From contig JANRKX010000067.1 in NCBI GenBank assembly GCA_033763255.1, positions 33,957 to 97,956 on the forward strand: a stretch of 64,000 nucleotides of DNA, read 5' to 3'. A model generated the notes under the pieces. It saw nothing but the letters and a program-made list of their open reading frames with translations, made no database searches and was not told the DNA's origin. Below, in pieces: positions 1 to 9,636 of this stretch (its first letter is position 1; every line of letters begins with the position of its first letter). Source of the stretch: Acidobacteriota bacterium (GTDB lineage: Bacteria > Acidobacteriota > Blastocatellia > RBC074). The translations under genes were made by a program, and so were the position numbers.

Positions 1-254
1 CAGGTTTTTCTCCGCGCGATGTGACGCCGGAAGCCACGCGCGATGTAATCGAACGCGAAGCTCCGGGGCTGGCTGAATTGATGCGCTCCGAAAGTTTGAA
101 AATCACTCCCCTTGCTGTTTTGTCGCGCGCGGTTTGCGGAATTCGCCGCCGTGCGCTGATCGTCAACCTACCCGGCAGCGTGCGCGGCGCAAGGGAAAAT
201 CTGGCGGCGATTGCTCGCACGTTGCCACATGCAATTGATTTGCTAATGGAATAA
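1..254 (+). CDS. MogA/MoaB-family molybdenum cofactor biosynthesis protein, C-terminal part (5' end outside window)
   Basis: The frame is open from the window edge. The C-terminal sequence [47 protein letters not shown] is typical of the MogA/MoaB fold C-terminus. Confidence 0.55.
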   Translation, partial: GFSPRDVTPEATRDVIEREAPGLAELMRSESLKITPLAVLSRAVCGIRRRALIVNLPGSVRGARENLAAIARTLPHAIDLLME

Positions 255-354
255 ACCTAAGGAAGCGTGGGACAATTTTCCAAATTGTCCCCCCTTGTCC
301 GAATTGTGGGGCAATTAAAAAAATTACCCCACCTCTTTCAGGGAGAAAATAACC

Positions 355-1260
355 ATGAAACTTTTTGCCAATTGGCACCGAATGCTGACTTTGGTCATCG
401 TCAGTGCGCTGTTCGTCAGCGTGATGGCGGCGCAGAATCCGTATGACAAATTCCGCAACAAGGAATACTCGAACAAAGGTTACATGTCCGAACAGGAAGA
501 AATGAAGATGGGCGAACAGGTTCATCAGGAATTGCTGAAACAGATTCGTCTGGTGGAAAACAGCCCGGTCAACGATTACATCAATCGGTTGGGCCAAAAT
601 CTCGCCAGCCGTTCGGAACGGCGCAACATTCCCTGGCGGTTTTATGTTGTGAATGACAAAACCATCAACGCTTTTGCCACGCTGGGCGGGCGCGTGTACG
701 TCCACACCGGATTGATTGCCGCAACCAACAGCGAAGCTCAGTTGGCAAGCGTCGTCGGTCACGAAATCGGCCACATCGTCGGTCGCCATGGACTGGAAAA
801 CGTCAAACGCGCCGGCAGCATGAAAACTCAAGGCGCAGTGATCGGCGCGACGATTCTTGGAGCAATTCTTGGCGGCCAGCAAGGCGCAGAAGCCGGAATG
901 GCTCTGGGCAGTTTGGTGGCGGGCGGCTTTTTGATGAAACACAGCCGCGAAGCCGAACGCGAAGCTGATTTCCTAGGGCTCTACAATTTGAAAAACGCCA
1001 ACTACAACACCGGCGGCATGATCGAAATGTTCCAGATGCTGCAACAGGTGTCGAAAGGCGGCGGCGGTTCGCTGGGTTCTGTTCTGGCCAGCCACCCAGA
1101 CCCACGCGAACGCGAAGCCAATACAAAAACGGAAATTGGCGCTTACCTGCAAGGCACGGATCGTCGCGGAACCAGCAACTCCACAGACTTCCAACGCATT
1201 AAAAGCGGATTGCCCGCTGCGCCCAGCACGCCTGCACGTAAAACCCGCCCGCGACCGTAA
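355..1260 (+). CDS. M48-family zinc metallopeptidase (BepA/YcaL-like), secreted
   Basis: N-terminal signal peptide; HEIGHIVGRH (HExxH) motif; glycine-rich C-terminal tail; GGAG-like RBS (gggagaaaataacc) upstream of the ATG at 355. Confidence 0.8.
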   Translation: MKLFANWHRMLTLVIVSALFVSVMAAQNPYDKFRNKEYSNKGYMSEQEEMKMGEQVHQELLKQIRLVENSPVNDYINRLGQNLASRSERRNIPWRFYVVNDKTINAFATLGGRVYVHTGLIAATNSEAQLASVVGHEIGHIVGRHGLENVKRAGSMKTQGAVIGATILGAILGGQQGAEAGMALGSLVAGGFLMKHSREAEREADFLGLYNLKNANYNTGGMIEMFQMLQQVSKGGGGSLGSVLASHPDPREREANTKTEIGAYLQGTDRRGTSNSTDFQRIKSGLPAAPSTPARKTRPRP

Positions 1261-1324
1261 GCGAGAACAAGCGACAGAGAGAAATAGGGGCGGGGAGATT
1301 TGTGACTGATGGAGATTGTGACGA

Positions 1325-2893
1325 ATGTATGATCCGACAACCGAGACAAACCGTCGTTTCAATGGAGCCGGTTCCCTCTGTCCCTCCTTCTCTCTGTTTC
1401 TCTGCCTCTCTGTCGCGTTTCTTATTTTCACTCCCGCGGCCACAGCCTTCGCCCAGAAAAAACAACGGCCTCAACTTCAATTGGTATCCCGCAACGATCT
1501 GGCAGGCAAAGTCCTGCTGATTCCACGCGATGATCGGTTTCTTGAATTACGAACGCTGGCACAAATTGCAGATCACTATTTGCTGCTTCCGCCTTCGCAT
1601 TTGCTCAATCCGAAACCGCAACCCGACAAGTTGATAGAATGGCTGAAAGCGCAAAATCTGACAGGAGTTTCCGGCGTCATTCTTTCGCTGGAAGCGATTT
1701 CCGCCGACGCTTCGCCTGAAACGACCGCGCGAATTTCTCAGGCGATTAAACAACTTCGTTCGCAAAATCCGCGAGCGGCGTTTTACGGATTCACTTCGCT
1801 GGATTCATCTGTCGAAACGTCCAAACAGTTTTGCCAATCGGCGCTGGGACTGACAGCCGATGGAAAGTTGGATTTGTTGCTGATCGGGCAGGATGAAAAC
1901 TTGACTGCCAAACCAGCGCAAATCGCCCGCGCACGGTTGATTGGTGAAGCCGCCACGCGCGAAGCCGACAGTCGAATAGTTTTTGATGACAACACCAATT
2001 CAGCGGCGGCAACTTTGCTGGCGCGATTTTTAGCGCAGCGACTGGGACGTTCGCCCAAACTTTTGCCGGTTTATTCTTCCACTGAAGGTCGCCGTTCGGA
2101 ACAGAGCCGCGATTCGATTCCGCTGGATCAATCGCTGGCCGCCAAGATCAAACTTTTCGCCGGAACGGTGCTTGCGCCCACACCTGAAACCGCTCCGCAA
2201 GTGGACGTGCTGCTGTTTGTCCACACGCCGAACACCAGCGAAGAACAGCGAACAGCTTTGGCGATGACGGTTTTGCAAACGATTGATTCCGGCGCACGTG
2301 TCGCTTTCGTGGACGTTTCCGAATCCGCCAAAACGAAAGAAGCGATGCTGGCCGAACTGCGCGGCCATAAATTGCTGGGCAAGCTGACGGCTTACGCTTC
2401 GGCCTTTCCCGGCGAAGCTGCAAACCGGGCTGCGCTGAACCGCGTTATGGCGCACGCCGTGATTTTTTTCGCGGCAATCAAATCGCTACGCAACGACATT
2501 GACCGAGTTCACCGCATCGAACGCAATCAAATCAATTTGCTGTTCAGCCGCATTCTGGAAGATTGGGCGTACGAGATGATTGTTCGCCAACAGCTTGAGG
2601 AATATGTACTGCAACAATTGAAATCCGATCCGTCGGAGCTTGGCGACAAAACTGAACTCGCGGAAAAATTCGTTTACGACGCGCTACAAACACACGCAAC
2701 CGACCTGTTTGATGAACAGTTCCGCCGCAACACTCACGCAGTGTTGATGAACAGCGGCACGCGCGTGCAATTTCGTGTCAGCCTGTTGCAACGGCTGCAA
2801 GTCCGATTTTCAACGCGCAAAACTTCCGAGCCGGAATTTCGGCAGAACATTCATACGTTTTTTGACGGATATTTGCCTGGAAGTAGACAGTAG
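1325..2893 (+). CDS. hypothetical secreted protein (about 520 aa)
   Basis: Long ORF with a signal-peptide-like N-terminus (SLFLCLSVAFLIFTPAATAFAQ) and consistent codon usage. No motif I can assign. Confidence 0.5.
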   Translation: MYDPTTETNRRFNGAGSLCPSFSLFLCLSVAFLIFTPAATAFAQKKQRPQLQLVSRNDLAGKVLLIPRDDRFLELRTLAQIADHYLLLPPSHLLNPKPQPDKLIEWLKAQNLTGVSGVILSLEAISADASPETTARISQAIKQLRSQNPRAAFYGFTSLDSSVETSKQFCQSALGLTADGKLDLLLIGQDENLTAKPAQIARARLIGEAATREADSRIVFDDNTNSAAATLLARFLAQRLGRSPKLLPVYSSTEGRRSEQSRDSIPLDQSLAAKIKLFAGTVLAPTPETAPQVDVLLFVHTPNTSEEQRTALAMTVLQTIDSGARVAFVDVSESAKTKEAMLAELRGHKLLGKLTAYASAFPGEAANRAALNRVMAHAVIFFAAIKSLRNDIDRVHRIERNQINLLFSRILEDWAYEMIVRQQLEEYVLQQLKSDPSELGDKTELAEKFVYDALQTHATDLFDEQFRRNTHAVLMNSGTRVQFRVSLLQRLQVRFSTRKTSEPEFRQNIHTFFDGYLPGSRQ

Positions 2894-3016
2894 CTGCTAT
2901 CGGCAATTCGTGGTGAGAAGATTGATCGTTGTCAGATTTTCGTTGCTGTCCAACAAAGCATTCAAATTCCACTACTGTCTACTGTCTACTTCCCACAGGA
3001 GGATCACTCACAACTC

Positions 3017-4042
3017 ATGTCCCTGATGCTTTCAGAGATCGAACAACAACCCACCGCCATCGAAAAAACCATCAAACGCGAATCCAAAAAGATCGAACGT
3101 TTCGCCGCTCGGTTGCGAGCTAACCGTCCCCGTTTGATCGTATTGGTCGCGCGCGGCAGCTCTGACAACGCGGCGCTGTTTGGCCGTTACCTGTTGGAAA
3201 CAACCACAGGCATTCCGGTGTCGCTGGCGGCTCCGGCAGTTCACACGCTGTACAAAGCCAAACTGGATTTGCGCGATTCGCTGGTCATCGGCGTATCGCA
3301 ATCCGGCGAAGGCGACGACATCAATCTGACGCTGGAAAACGCCAAACGCTGCGGAGCGACAACGCTGGCCATTACCAACGAAGCCGAATCCGCGATGGCC
3401 AAACTCTGTGACGAAGCTTTTCTGATTCACGCCGGACGCGAACGCAGCGTGGCGGCGACCAAAACTTATACGGGGCAGTTGCTGATATTTCATTTGCTGG
3501 CGCGCGCGCTCGGCGGCGGCAAAGAAGAAGTCGAACGCTTGCCGGAATTCGCCGCCGAAGCCTTGAAGCTGAAAGCGGACGTGGCCGCAATGGTCGAACG
3601 TTATGCGTTCATGGAACAGTGCGTGGTCGTCGGGCGCGGGTTGAATTACGCCAACGCTTACGAATTTGCGATCAAGCTGATGGAAACCTGTTACGTCGTG
3701 GCCGAACGATTTTCCGGCGCGGATTTTCTGCACGGCCCGATTGCGATGGTGGACAGCGGCTTCCCTGTTTTTGTCTTCGCTCCGTCAGGACCTACGCTGA
3801 AAGGCATGAAAGAACTGCTGACAAAACTTCACGGCATCGGAGCCGAAACGCTGGCAATTTCCGGCGACGCTTCGACGTTGAAAGCGGCTTCGCGTGGAAT
3901 CAAAATGCCGCGCGTGGATGAATTGCTGTCGCCGATTCCCTACGTCATCCCGGCGCAATTATTCGCCGCGCTGCTGGCCGAAGCCAAAGGCTTGAGTCCA
4001 GACCAGCCACGCTCATTGTCGAAAGTCACCAAAACTGTCTGA
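3017..4042 (+). CDS. SIS-domain sugar-phosphate isomerase (AgaS / GlmS-isomerase-domain-like)
   Basis: Two SIS-type segments (LIVLVARGSSDNAALFGRYL and GVSQSGEGDDI). RBS aggagg 8 nt upstream of the ATG. Confidence 0.75.
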   Translation: MSLMLSEIEQQPTAIEKTIKRESKKIERFAARLRANRPRLIVLVARGSSDNAALFGRYLLETTTGIPVSLAAPAVHTLYKAKLDLRDSLVIGVSQSGEGDDINLTLENAKRCGATTLAITNEAESAMAKLCDEAFLIHAGRERSVAATKTYTGQLLIFHLLARALGGGKEEVERLPEFAAEALKLKADVAAMVERYAFMEQCVVVGRGLNYANAYEFAIKLMETCYVVAERFSGADFLHGPIAMVDSGFPVFVFAPSGPTLKGMKELLTKLHGIGAETLAISGDASTLKAASRGIKMPRVDELLSPIPYVIPAQLFAALLAEAKGLSPDQPRSLSKVTKTV

Positions 4043-4051
4043 AACTCGCTT

Positions 4052-4157
4052 GTGGAGTGCGGTGACTTGTCACCGCTTTGCATTCTGGCGAAAAGAATTT
4101 CTGTGACAGAAAGCATTGGCTGAGAACGCAAAGCTGCGCCAAGCCGCAGCACTCCAT
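4052..4157. repeat. palindromic MITE-like element, copy 1 (GGAGTGC...GCACTCC termini with internal hairpin arms)
   Basis: Shares its termini and internal stems with the copies at 20421-20803, 25553-25657, 30039-30142, 44506-44618 and 60322-60447. It starts 9 nt after the SIS gene stop. Confidence 0.6.
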
Positions 4158-4172
4158 AAACGACACATTCGT

Positions 4173-5120
4173 ATGTCTGTACAACAATCGGAAGCTTTCG
4201 CTGCTTCCGTCATCATTCCGGTTCACAACCGCAAATCCGAGTTGCAGGCTTGCCTGACGGCGCTTGTCGCGCAGGATTTTCCGTTGAATCAATTTGAAGT
4301 CATCGTTTGTGATGACGGTTCCACCGAAGATTTCAGCCAGATCATTGCCGCTGCCCGACAACGTCAACTTCAGATCACGCACGTCAAACAACCCAACAAA
4401 GGCCCGGCGGCGGCGCGCAATTTGGGAATCAGACACGCCAACGCCGAAATCGTAGCCATGACCGACAGCGACACTTTGCCCGACACCGCTTGGTTGAGAA
4501 ACTTGATCGAAGCTTTGGCTGCTGATCCTTCGGCAGTCGGCGTCGAAGGAAAAGTCTTCGCCAACAACGAAAGCGAATTCGCTCCGCTGGGCGAAGGGCC
4601 GGAAAACCAATCCGGGGGCGTGTATCTGACCTGCAACATGGCTTATCGCCGACGAGTGTTGATCGAAGTCGGCGGCTTTGATGAAACCTTTCCCTTCCCT
4701 GCTTACGAAGACGTGGAGCTTGCAGCGCGAGCAATTCAACGCGGAAAAATTCTTTGGCAGCCAGCGGCGGTGATAACTCATCCGCAACGCCCGCTGACGC
4801 TGAAAACCGTCTGGAAAAAATTGAAGCACTGGGAATTTGTGCTGCGAATGGGTTATCGCTACGGATATTTTGGCTGGCCGCGCTATCCGACGAAATGGCC
4901 GAAGCTGTATTTGATCGGCTTGGCGGTCATCGCGCTGCCGCTTTCCAAGTGGAAACAAGCAGCGGCTTGTGTGACGACTCATCCGGCGGCAGCAGCGAAA
5001 TTGTTCCTGTTTGGCTTGGTGGAAAGTTTGGGAGCGATGGCGTTCGTCGCGCCGAAAGTTATTTTTCTCAGCCGTCAAAAGCTGATCGAACGGCATCACT
5101 ATTTGGGATCTTTGGGCTGA
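4173..5120 (+). CDS. family-2 glycosyltransferase (polyprenyl-phosphate sugar transferase-like)
   Basis: VIIPVHN...EVIVCDDGSTED and DxD-type GT2 signatures. The ORF-track start at 4116 lies inside the MITE, so the start is reassigned to the internal ATG at 4173 (MSVQQ). Confidence 0.8.
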   Translation: MSVQQSEAFAASVIIPVHNRKSELQACLTALVAQDFPLNQFEVIVCDDGSTEDFSQIIAAARQRQLQITHVKQPNKGPAAARNLGIRHANAEIVAMTDSDTLPDTAWLRNLIEALAADPSAVGVEGKVFANNESEFAPLGEGPENQSGGVYLTCNMAYRRRVLIEVGGFDETFPFPAYEDVELAARAIQRGKILWQPAAVITHPQRPLTLKTVWKKLKHWEFVLRMGYRYGYFGWPRYPTKWPKLYLIGLAVIALPLSKWKQAAACVTTHPAAAAKLFLFGLVESLGAMAFVAPKVIFLSRQKLIERHHYLGSLG

Positions 5121-6643
5121 TACAAAATCAATCCGGTCGGTTCGTACCGCCAGACGGCTTGCAACCAGTCGGGCGCTTTTTTCGGATCGCCAAGCGGCTT
5201 CAACTCTTTTCGCTCTTTGATCTCGCGTTTGCCGATGGCGATGTAATCCACACGATTCGTTTGCAGCCACGCCCGTAATTCTTCCAGCGATTTCACCGGC
5301 GGAAAAAACACCCACTCCTGACGACTCATATAAGCCAGATGCGGTTTGCGAGCGACGATCCGCAAACTGTTCGGCGCGGCGTTTTGGCTTATGACGAAAT
5401 CGCGCGCTTCGGCGACTTCCATCGGCAAAGCTCCCAAAAACTCATTCACGTCTTTGCGCGAAAACGCGACTGAACTGACAACCATCACCGCCACCAACGC
5501 GACCGGAACCGCCGCAAACGCTTTCGCTTGCAACCAGCCTTGCGCGCGCGCCAGTTCCAACCAGCGTAAAGCCGCGAACACCGCAAAGCCCGCATACAAG
5601 ACCATCACAAAAAAGTAATAGCGCGTTTCCCAATGGTTCAGCCCCATCAACAGCCAATACAGCCCACCGGCAATCAACACCAACATCACCGATTTGGATT
5701 GTCGTCCGACGAACGCCAACGCAACGCCGAGCAGCCCCAACCACCCCACCAACTGCACAACCAGATTGCCAGCGATGCTGTGGCGCAAACTTTCGTACAA
5801 ATTGACCGGATATAGTTTGAACAAACGCGCCGGATCGTATCGAAGCACATCACCAAACGATTGAAACTTCGTTTCCAACGCACGCGTGGCATCCTGATTA
5901 ACTTCGCCTCTGACCAGTTCCGGAAAAAACTCTGTGGCGATGTTCAGGTAATTCGTGTTGTAAAGCGGCGAACCGTGATGCCTGTAATTCGCCACCAGCC
6001 ACGGCGAAGCGGTCAGCAAAAACATTCCGACGAACAGCGCGGCTGACTGCAAGCGTTCGCGCCAGCTTTGCTCGAACAAATTCAGCAGCAGGATTCCGAT
6101 CAAACACGTCGCCAGCAAAAACAGTCCGTTGTACCGAATGACATACGCCGCGCCGGTCAAGGCTCCGGTCAATACGATTCGCCAACGCACGCTCAGCCGT
6201 TCGGCGGTAAACGTCGTCAGCACTGCCAGGCAAACGAAAAGGAAGAAAACATCCGTCGCCGCGTTGATCGAAAATTGCGGAAACTCTCCGCTGGCGATGG
6301 CAATCAACTGCGCGCCCAAGCCTACCCAAAATCCGAACAGCCGAGCGAACAACACGAACACCAGCCAGCCACACAGCACTGCACAGACCACGGACAACCA
6401 CTTGGCGACAGTGAACAAATCTACGACGGTTAGCTTGCCCAGCGCGGCAACGATTGCCGGGTACCCTGGCCCCTGAAATGTGTTTTGTGGAAATTGGCCT
6501 GCGGCGATGCGTTCCGCATCCGGCGCGTAGTAGTGGTAGAAATCCGTTTCGGTGGCGTAATTCCCGAACGGATGCTGACGGGCAAGAGAGCATAGCGTCA
6601 GCAAATGAACCAGACAGAGTGAAAGAGGCAACCAGCGTTTCAT
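5099..6643 (-). CDS. polytopic membrane protein, GT-C-fold glycosyltransferase-like (ArnT/PMT-type)
   Basis: At least 10 predicted TM helices, large C-terminal soluble domain, paired convergently with the GT2 gene. Start taken at the internal MKRWLPLSL. The family assignment is by architecture only. Confidence 0.5.
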   Translation of the reverse strand: MKRWLPLSLCLVHLLTLCSLARQHPFGNYATETDFYHYYAPDAERIAAGQFPQNTFQGPGYPAIVAALGKLTVVDLFTVAKWLSVVCAVLCGWLVFVLFARLFGFWVGLGAQLIAIASGEFPQFSINAATDVFFLFVCLAVLTTFTAERLSVRWRIVLTGALTGAAYVIRYNGLFLLATCLIGILLLNLFEQSWRERLQSAALFVGMFLLTASPWLVANYRHHGSPLYNTNYLNIATEFFPELVRGEVNQDATRALETKFQSFGDVLRYDPARLFKLYPVNLYESLRHSIAGNLVVQLVGWLGLLGVALAFVGRQSKSVMLVLIAGGLYWLLMGLNHWETRYYFFVMVLYAGFAVFAALRWLELARAQGWLQAKAFAAVPVALVAVMVVSSVAFSRKDVNEFLGALPMEVAEARDFVISQNAAPNSLRIVARKPHLAYMSRQEWVFFPPVKSLEELRAWLQTNRVDYIAIGKREIKERKELKPLGDPKKAPDWLQAVWRYEPTGLILYQPKDPK

Positions 6644-6650
6644 CAGGTAA

Positions 6651-7727
6651 TCAGTTGACGGTTGAAGCGATTCGGCGTTTGGCTTTTTTAGCTTTTTTGG
6701 TCGGCGCAGGCGGGTTGGCGCGCAACCAGGCATTCAAGTCAGCAATGGCTTCGAACTCAAGCAACTCTTCGCTTAACAGTTCCAATTGCGTCAACGACAG
6801 CCGGCCAATGCGCGATTCCAATCTTGGAGTGAGTTCGCCAAACAATCGAGTCAACGACCGCAACACGAGCGATCTGGCTTCCTCCTGTCTTCCTTCTTTC
6901 CGCCCTTCCAGGATTCCTGTTGTGCGTCCTTGTTCCATCCAGATTTGCGCTGCTGTTTGCATAACTGCTCCTGATTTGTTTGAAAAAGCTGCTTTGATCG
7001 AATCGTTAATTTCGTCCGGCGTAATTCCATCGGCTGCCGCAGAAATATAACGAACCATAGGTAAAAGCTGTTCAGCCGCCTCTTCCGGCGGCAGCAGCTT
7101 TATAATCTCCGTCAAGCGATGTTCCAATTCGCCGCCGAAGATATGTTTGAGCAATAACAACCCCGACTGCAAGCCGGACGCTCCAACGATTTCCTTGTCT
7201 TCATAGCTGGACAAGTCGCACAAATGATATTCGAAATCGGGGACGAATCTTCGCCACTGAGTTTGAGTAACTTCGGGCATCAAGTCGGACAATTTCGTTC
7301 CGATATTCCAATGCCGTCGCCCGTGATAAAAAACGACCGGGATGACAATCGGCAATTGAGGCTCTCCCGAATCTTTAGCCCGTTGCCACAGGCCAACAAT
7401 GTAATCCAGCAATTGCAAGGCTACCCATTTTTCAGGCGTGCTCTTGTGTTCAAGCAGAACGTACACGTAAACCGCCTCGCCTTTTTTCAATTTGACGCGA
7501 AAGATCAAATCGGAAAAATGCTCGCTCAATTCCTCCGTGACAAAGCTGCCGTCCACCCGTTCCAAAGTACGCCAGTCAATAGCTGCTGTCACTTCAACCG
7601 GCAAATACGACTTCAGAAATTGCACTGCCACTTTCCGCCGCCCAACCAGACTTTTGAAAAACAGGTCATGCGGGTTGGCCAGTTTGTTATTCGATGGCTG
7701 ATCTTTGGCTGTTGTAGAAATTTTCAT
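6651..7727 (-). CDS. Rpn-family (YhgA-like, PD-(D/E)XK) recombination-promoting nuclease / putative transposase
   Basis: N-terminal PHDLFFKSLVGRRKVAVQFLKSYLP, characteristic of the Rpn/Transposase_31 family. Start at the internal MKIST. Confidence 0.7.
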   Translation of the reverse strand: MKISTTAKDQPSNNKLANPHDLFFKSLVGRRKVAVQFLKSYLPVEVTAAIDWRTLERVDGSFVTEELSEHFSDLIFRVKLKKGEAVYVYVLLEHKSTPEKWVALQLLDYIVGLWQRAKDSGEPQLPIVIPVVFYHGRRHWNIGTKLSDLMPEVTQTQWRRFVPDFEYHLCDLSSYEDKEIVGASGLQSGLLLLKHIFGGELEHRLTEIIKLLPPEEAAEQLLPMVRYISAAADGITPDEINDSIKAAFSNKSGAVMQTAAQIWMEQGRTTGILEGRKEGRQEEARSLVLRSLTRLFGELTPRLESRIGRLSLTQLELLSEELLEFEAIADLNAWLRANPPAPTKKAKKAKRRIASTVN

Positions 7728-7741
7728 ACACGAGCGTGGGT

Positions 7742-9427
7742 CTACAGATTGCGGCGTTTTCGCTCTTCCAGAATGTATTCCGAAGCCCGCCAAGCCAGCG
7801 CCATGATCGTCAGTGTAGGATTTTTATGCGTGCCCGAAGCGAACGCGGCGGCATCCATGACGAACAAATTCTTCACGTCCCAGGATTGATTGAACTGGTT
7901 CAACACAGAAGTTTTGGCGTCCGCTCCCATGTGAATCGTCCCCATTTCGTGAATCGAATGCCCGGCGACGCTGGGTTCTTTGGGCAACGAAATGTCTACG
8001 GCTTTGGCGGCGGCGAAGATTTCTTCGTAAGTGCGGCGAATGTATTTGTACATCGCGCGGTCGTTGTCGTTCAGCGGGTGATGAATCTTCAGCACCGGAA
8101 TGCCCCATTTGTCTTTCACGTTCGGATCGAGTTCAACAAACTTGTTCGCCGCTGGCAGCATTTCTCCGTGCGAAGCCAGCGTCACGCGAGCGCCAGTCCA
8201 TTTGCGAACTTCTTTTTTGTAGGCTTCGCCGAATCCGGGAATGCGTTTGGCATTTTTGTCCGGGCGGCTGCGAATGCGCGACGAAGGTTCGATCTGGAAC
8301 CCACGCACGAAATCACGTTTTTCATCCGGGCGAAAATATCCAAACCATGGGATGACTATGTGCGAACCGCCGATGCCGTCGCCGACTTCGCGCGGTTGCC
8401 AAAACAGTTCAGGGAAATAAGCCGTCGCATCCACGTCCAGGTGCTCAATGAAGTTTTTGCCGATCAAGCCGCTGGAATTGGCAATTTTGGATTGCAGCAT
8501 CAGCCGTGTGCTTTCCAGAGTGCCGCAAGCAACGATGACCATTTTGGCTTTGATCTCGCGGTCACGGCCAGTCGTCTTGTCAATGTAACTGACGCCCGAA
8601 GCCAGACCGTTTTTGCCGGTGTTGACCTTATGCGCCATCGCGTTGGAAATGACGGTAAAGGTTTTCGGAAACTTCTTCATCAGCGGCACGACTTGCCTGA
8701 ACGCAGAGTTGTAAAACGAATGAGTTTCGCAACCATCGGGGCACTCGCCGCAATAATGGCACGGCCTGTAACCGTTGTGAGCTTTGGTCAGCATCGCCCG
8801 GCGAACGTTGATCGTGCGAATACCGATTTTTTCCGACGCTTTTTTGATCGCCCAATCCGAGCATTTCAAATTCACTGGAGGCAGGAAATTTTCGCTGTCC
8901 GGCAAATCGGGATGGTTTTCTTTCTGGCCGCAGACGCCCATGAATTGTTCGGCTTTGTCGTAATACGGAGCCAGGTCTTTGTATTCCATCGGCCAATCCA
9001 AACCTTGCCCGTCGCGCGAACGCATTTTGAAATCGGCTTCGTTGAACCGGTTGGCAAATCGTCCCCAGAACATGGTTCGCCCGCCGACGTTGCGAGCACG
9101 CATCCATTCGTAAGGCATCTTGTCCGGCGTGGTGTACGGCTCATCTTTGGTCGGGCCGTACATCGAATACTTTTCCTTGAACTCATCGCTGCGTGTTTTT
9201 TCAGTTTTCAACCCGCGATATTCGTCTTCGTAAGGAAACGGATCGTGATACGGAAAATCCACCTGATCTTTGCGAAGTGGCCCGGTTTCCAGCATGGCGA
9301 CTTTCAATCCGGCGTTGACCAAAACCCAGGCGGCAGTTCCTCCGGCAGCACCTGAACCAATAATGACGGCGTCGTAAACCGGCGATTGAGTTCTGACGGT
9401 TCGTTGTTGTCCCAGCATGCCCAACAT
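7742..9427 (-). CDS. GMC-family FAD-dependent oxidoreductase
   Basis: [20 protein letters not shown] Rossmann motif; length about 560 aa; C-terminal GMC-type region. Confidence 0.85.
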   Translation of the reverse strand: MLGMLGQQRTVRTQSPVYDAVIIGSGAAGGTAAWVLVNAGLKVAMLETGPLRKDQVDFPYHDPFPYEDEYRGLKTEKTRSDEFKEKYSMYGPTKDEPYTTPDKMPYEWMRARNVGGRTMFWGRFANRFNEADFKMRSRDGQGLDWPMEYKDLAPYYDKAEQFMGVCGQKENHPDLPDSENFLPPVNLKCSDWAIKKASEKIGIRTINVRRAMLTKAHNGYRPCHYCGECPDGCETHSFYNSAFRQVVPLMKKFPKTFTVISNAMAHKVNTGKNGLASGVSYIDKTTGRDREIKAKMVIVACGTLESTRLMLQSKIANSSGLIGKNFIEHLDVDATAYFPELFWQPREVGDGIGGSHIVIPWFGYFRPDEKRDFVRGFQIEPSSRIRSRPDKNAKRIPGFGEAYKKEVRKWTGARVTLASHGEMLPAANKFVELDPNVKDKWGIPVLKIHHPLNDNDRAMYKYIRRTYEEIFAAAKAVDISLPKEPSVAGHSIHEMGTIHMGADAKTSVLNQFNQSWDVKNLFVMDAAAFASGTHKNPTLTIMALAWRASEYILEERKRRNL

Positions 9428-9572
9428 AAAGATAGTCCTTTCTCGTTCGGGAAAAATTAGTTCGCAGATTGTTTTGGAATTAGATGAACCTCAAAGCCGG
9501 ATTTTAGGTGTCGGGTTGTGGAATTGTCTAGCAGGCAGGTTGAGCTTTCTCTGAAGCTCATTTCGCTAAAGC

Positions 9573-9611
9573 AACACAAGGCGCGAGCCTGAAAACTCGC
9601 GCCTTGTGTTT
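9573..9611 (-). terminator. putative intrinsic terminator hairpin after the giant Kelch-Ig gene
   Basis: Stem AACACAAGGCGCGAG, 8-nt loop, stem CTCGCGCCTTGTGTT. It is T-rich on the plus side and U-poor on the minus side. Confidence 0.35.
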
Positions 9612-9636
9612 TTGAATTGAGTGTTTTGTTTTCAGA

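Noticed and set aside
4116-4172. N-terminal extension of the GT2 ORF, and similarly 60253-60450 (C11), 40771-40827 (BNR), 44426-44647 and 30027-30221
   Set aside because: The extensions read through MITE or REP repeats (peptides like [26 protein letters not shown]). Internal ATGs with an RBS and family-typical N-termini were chosen instead.
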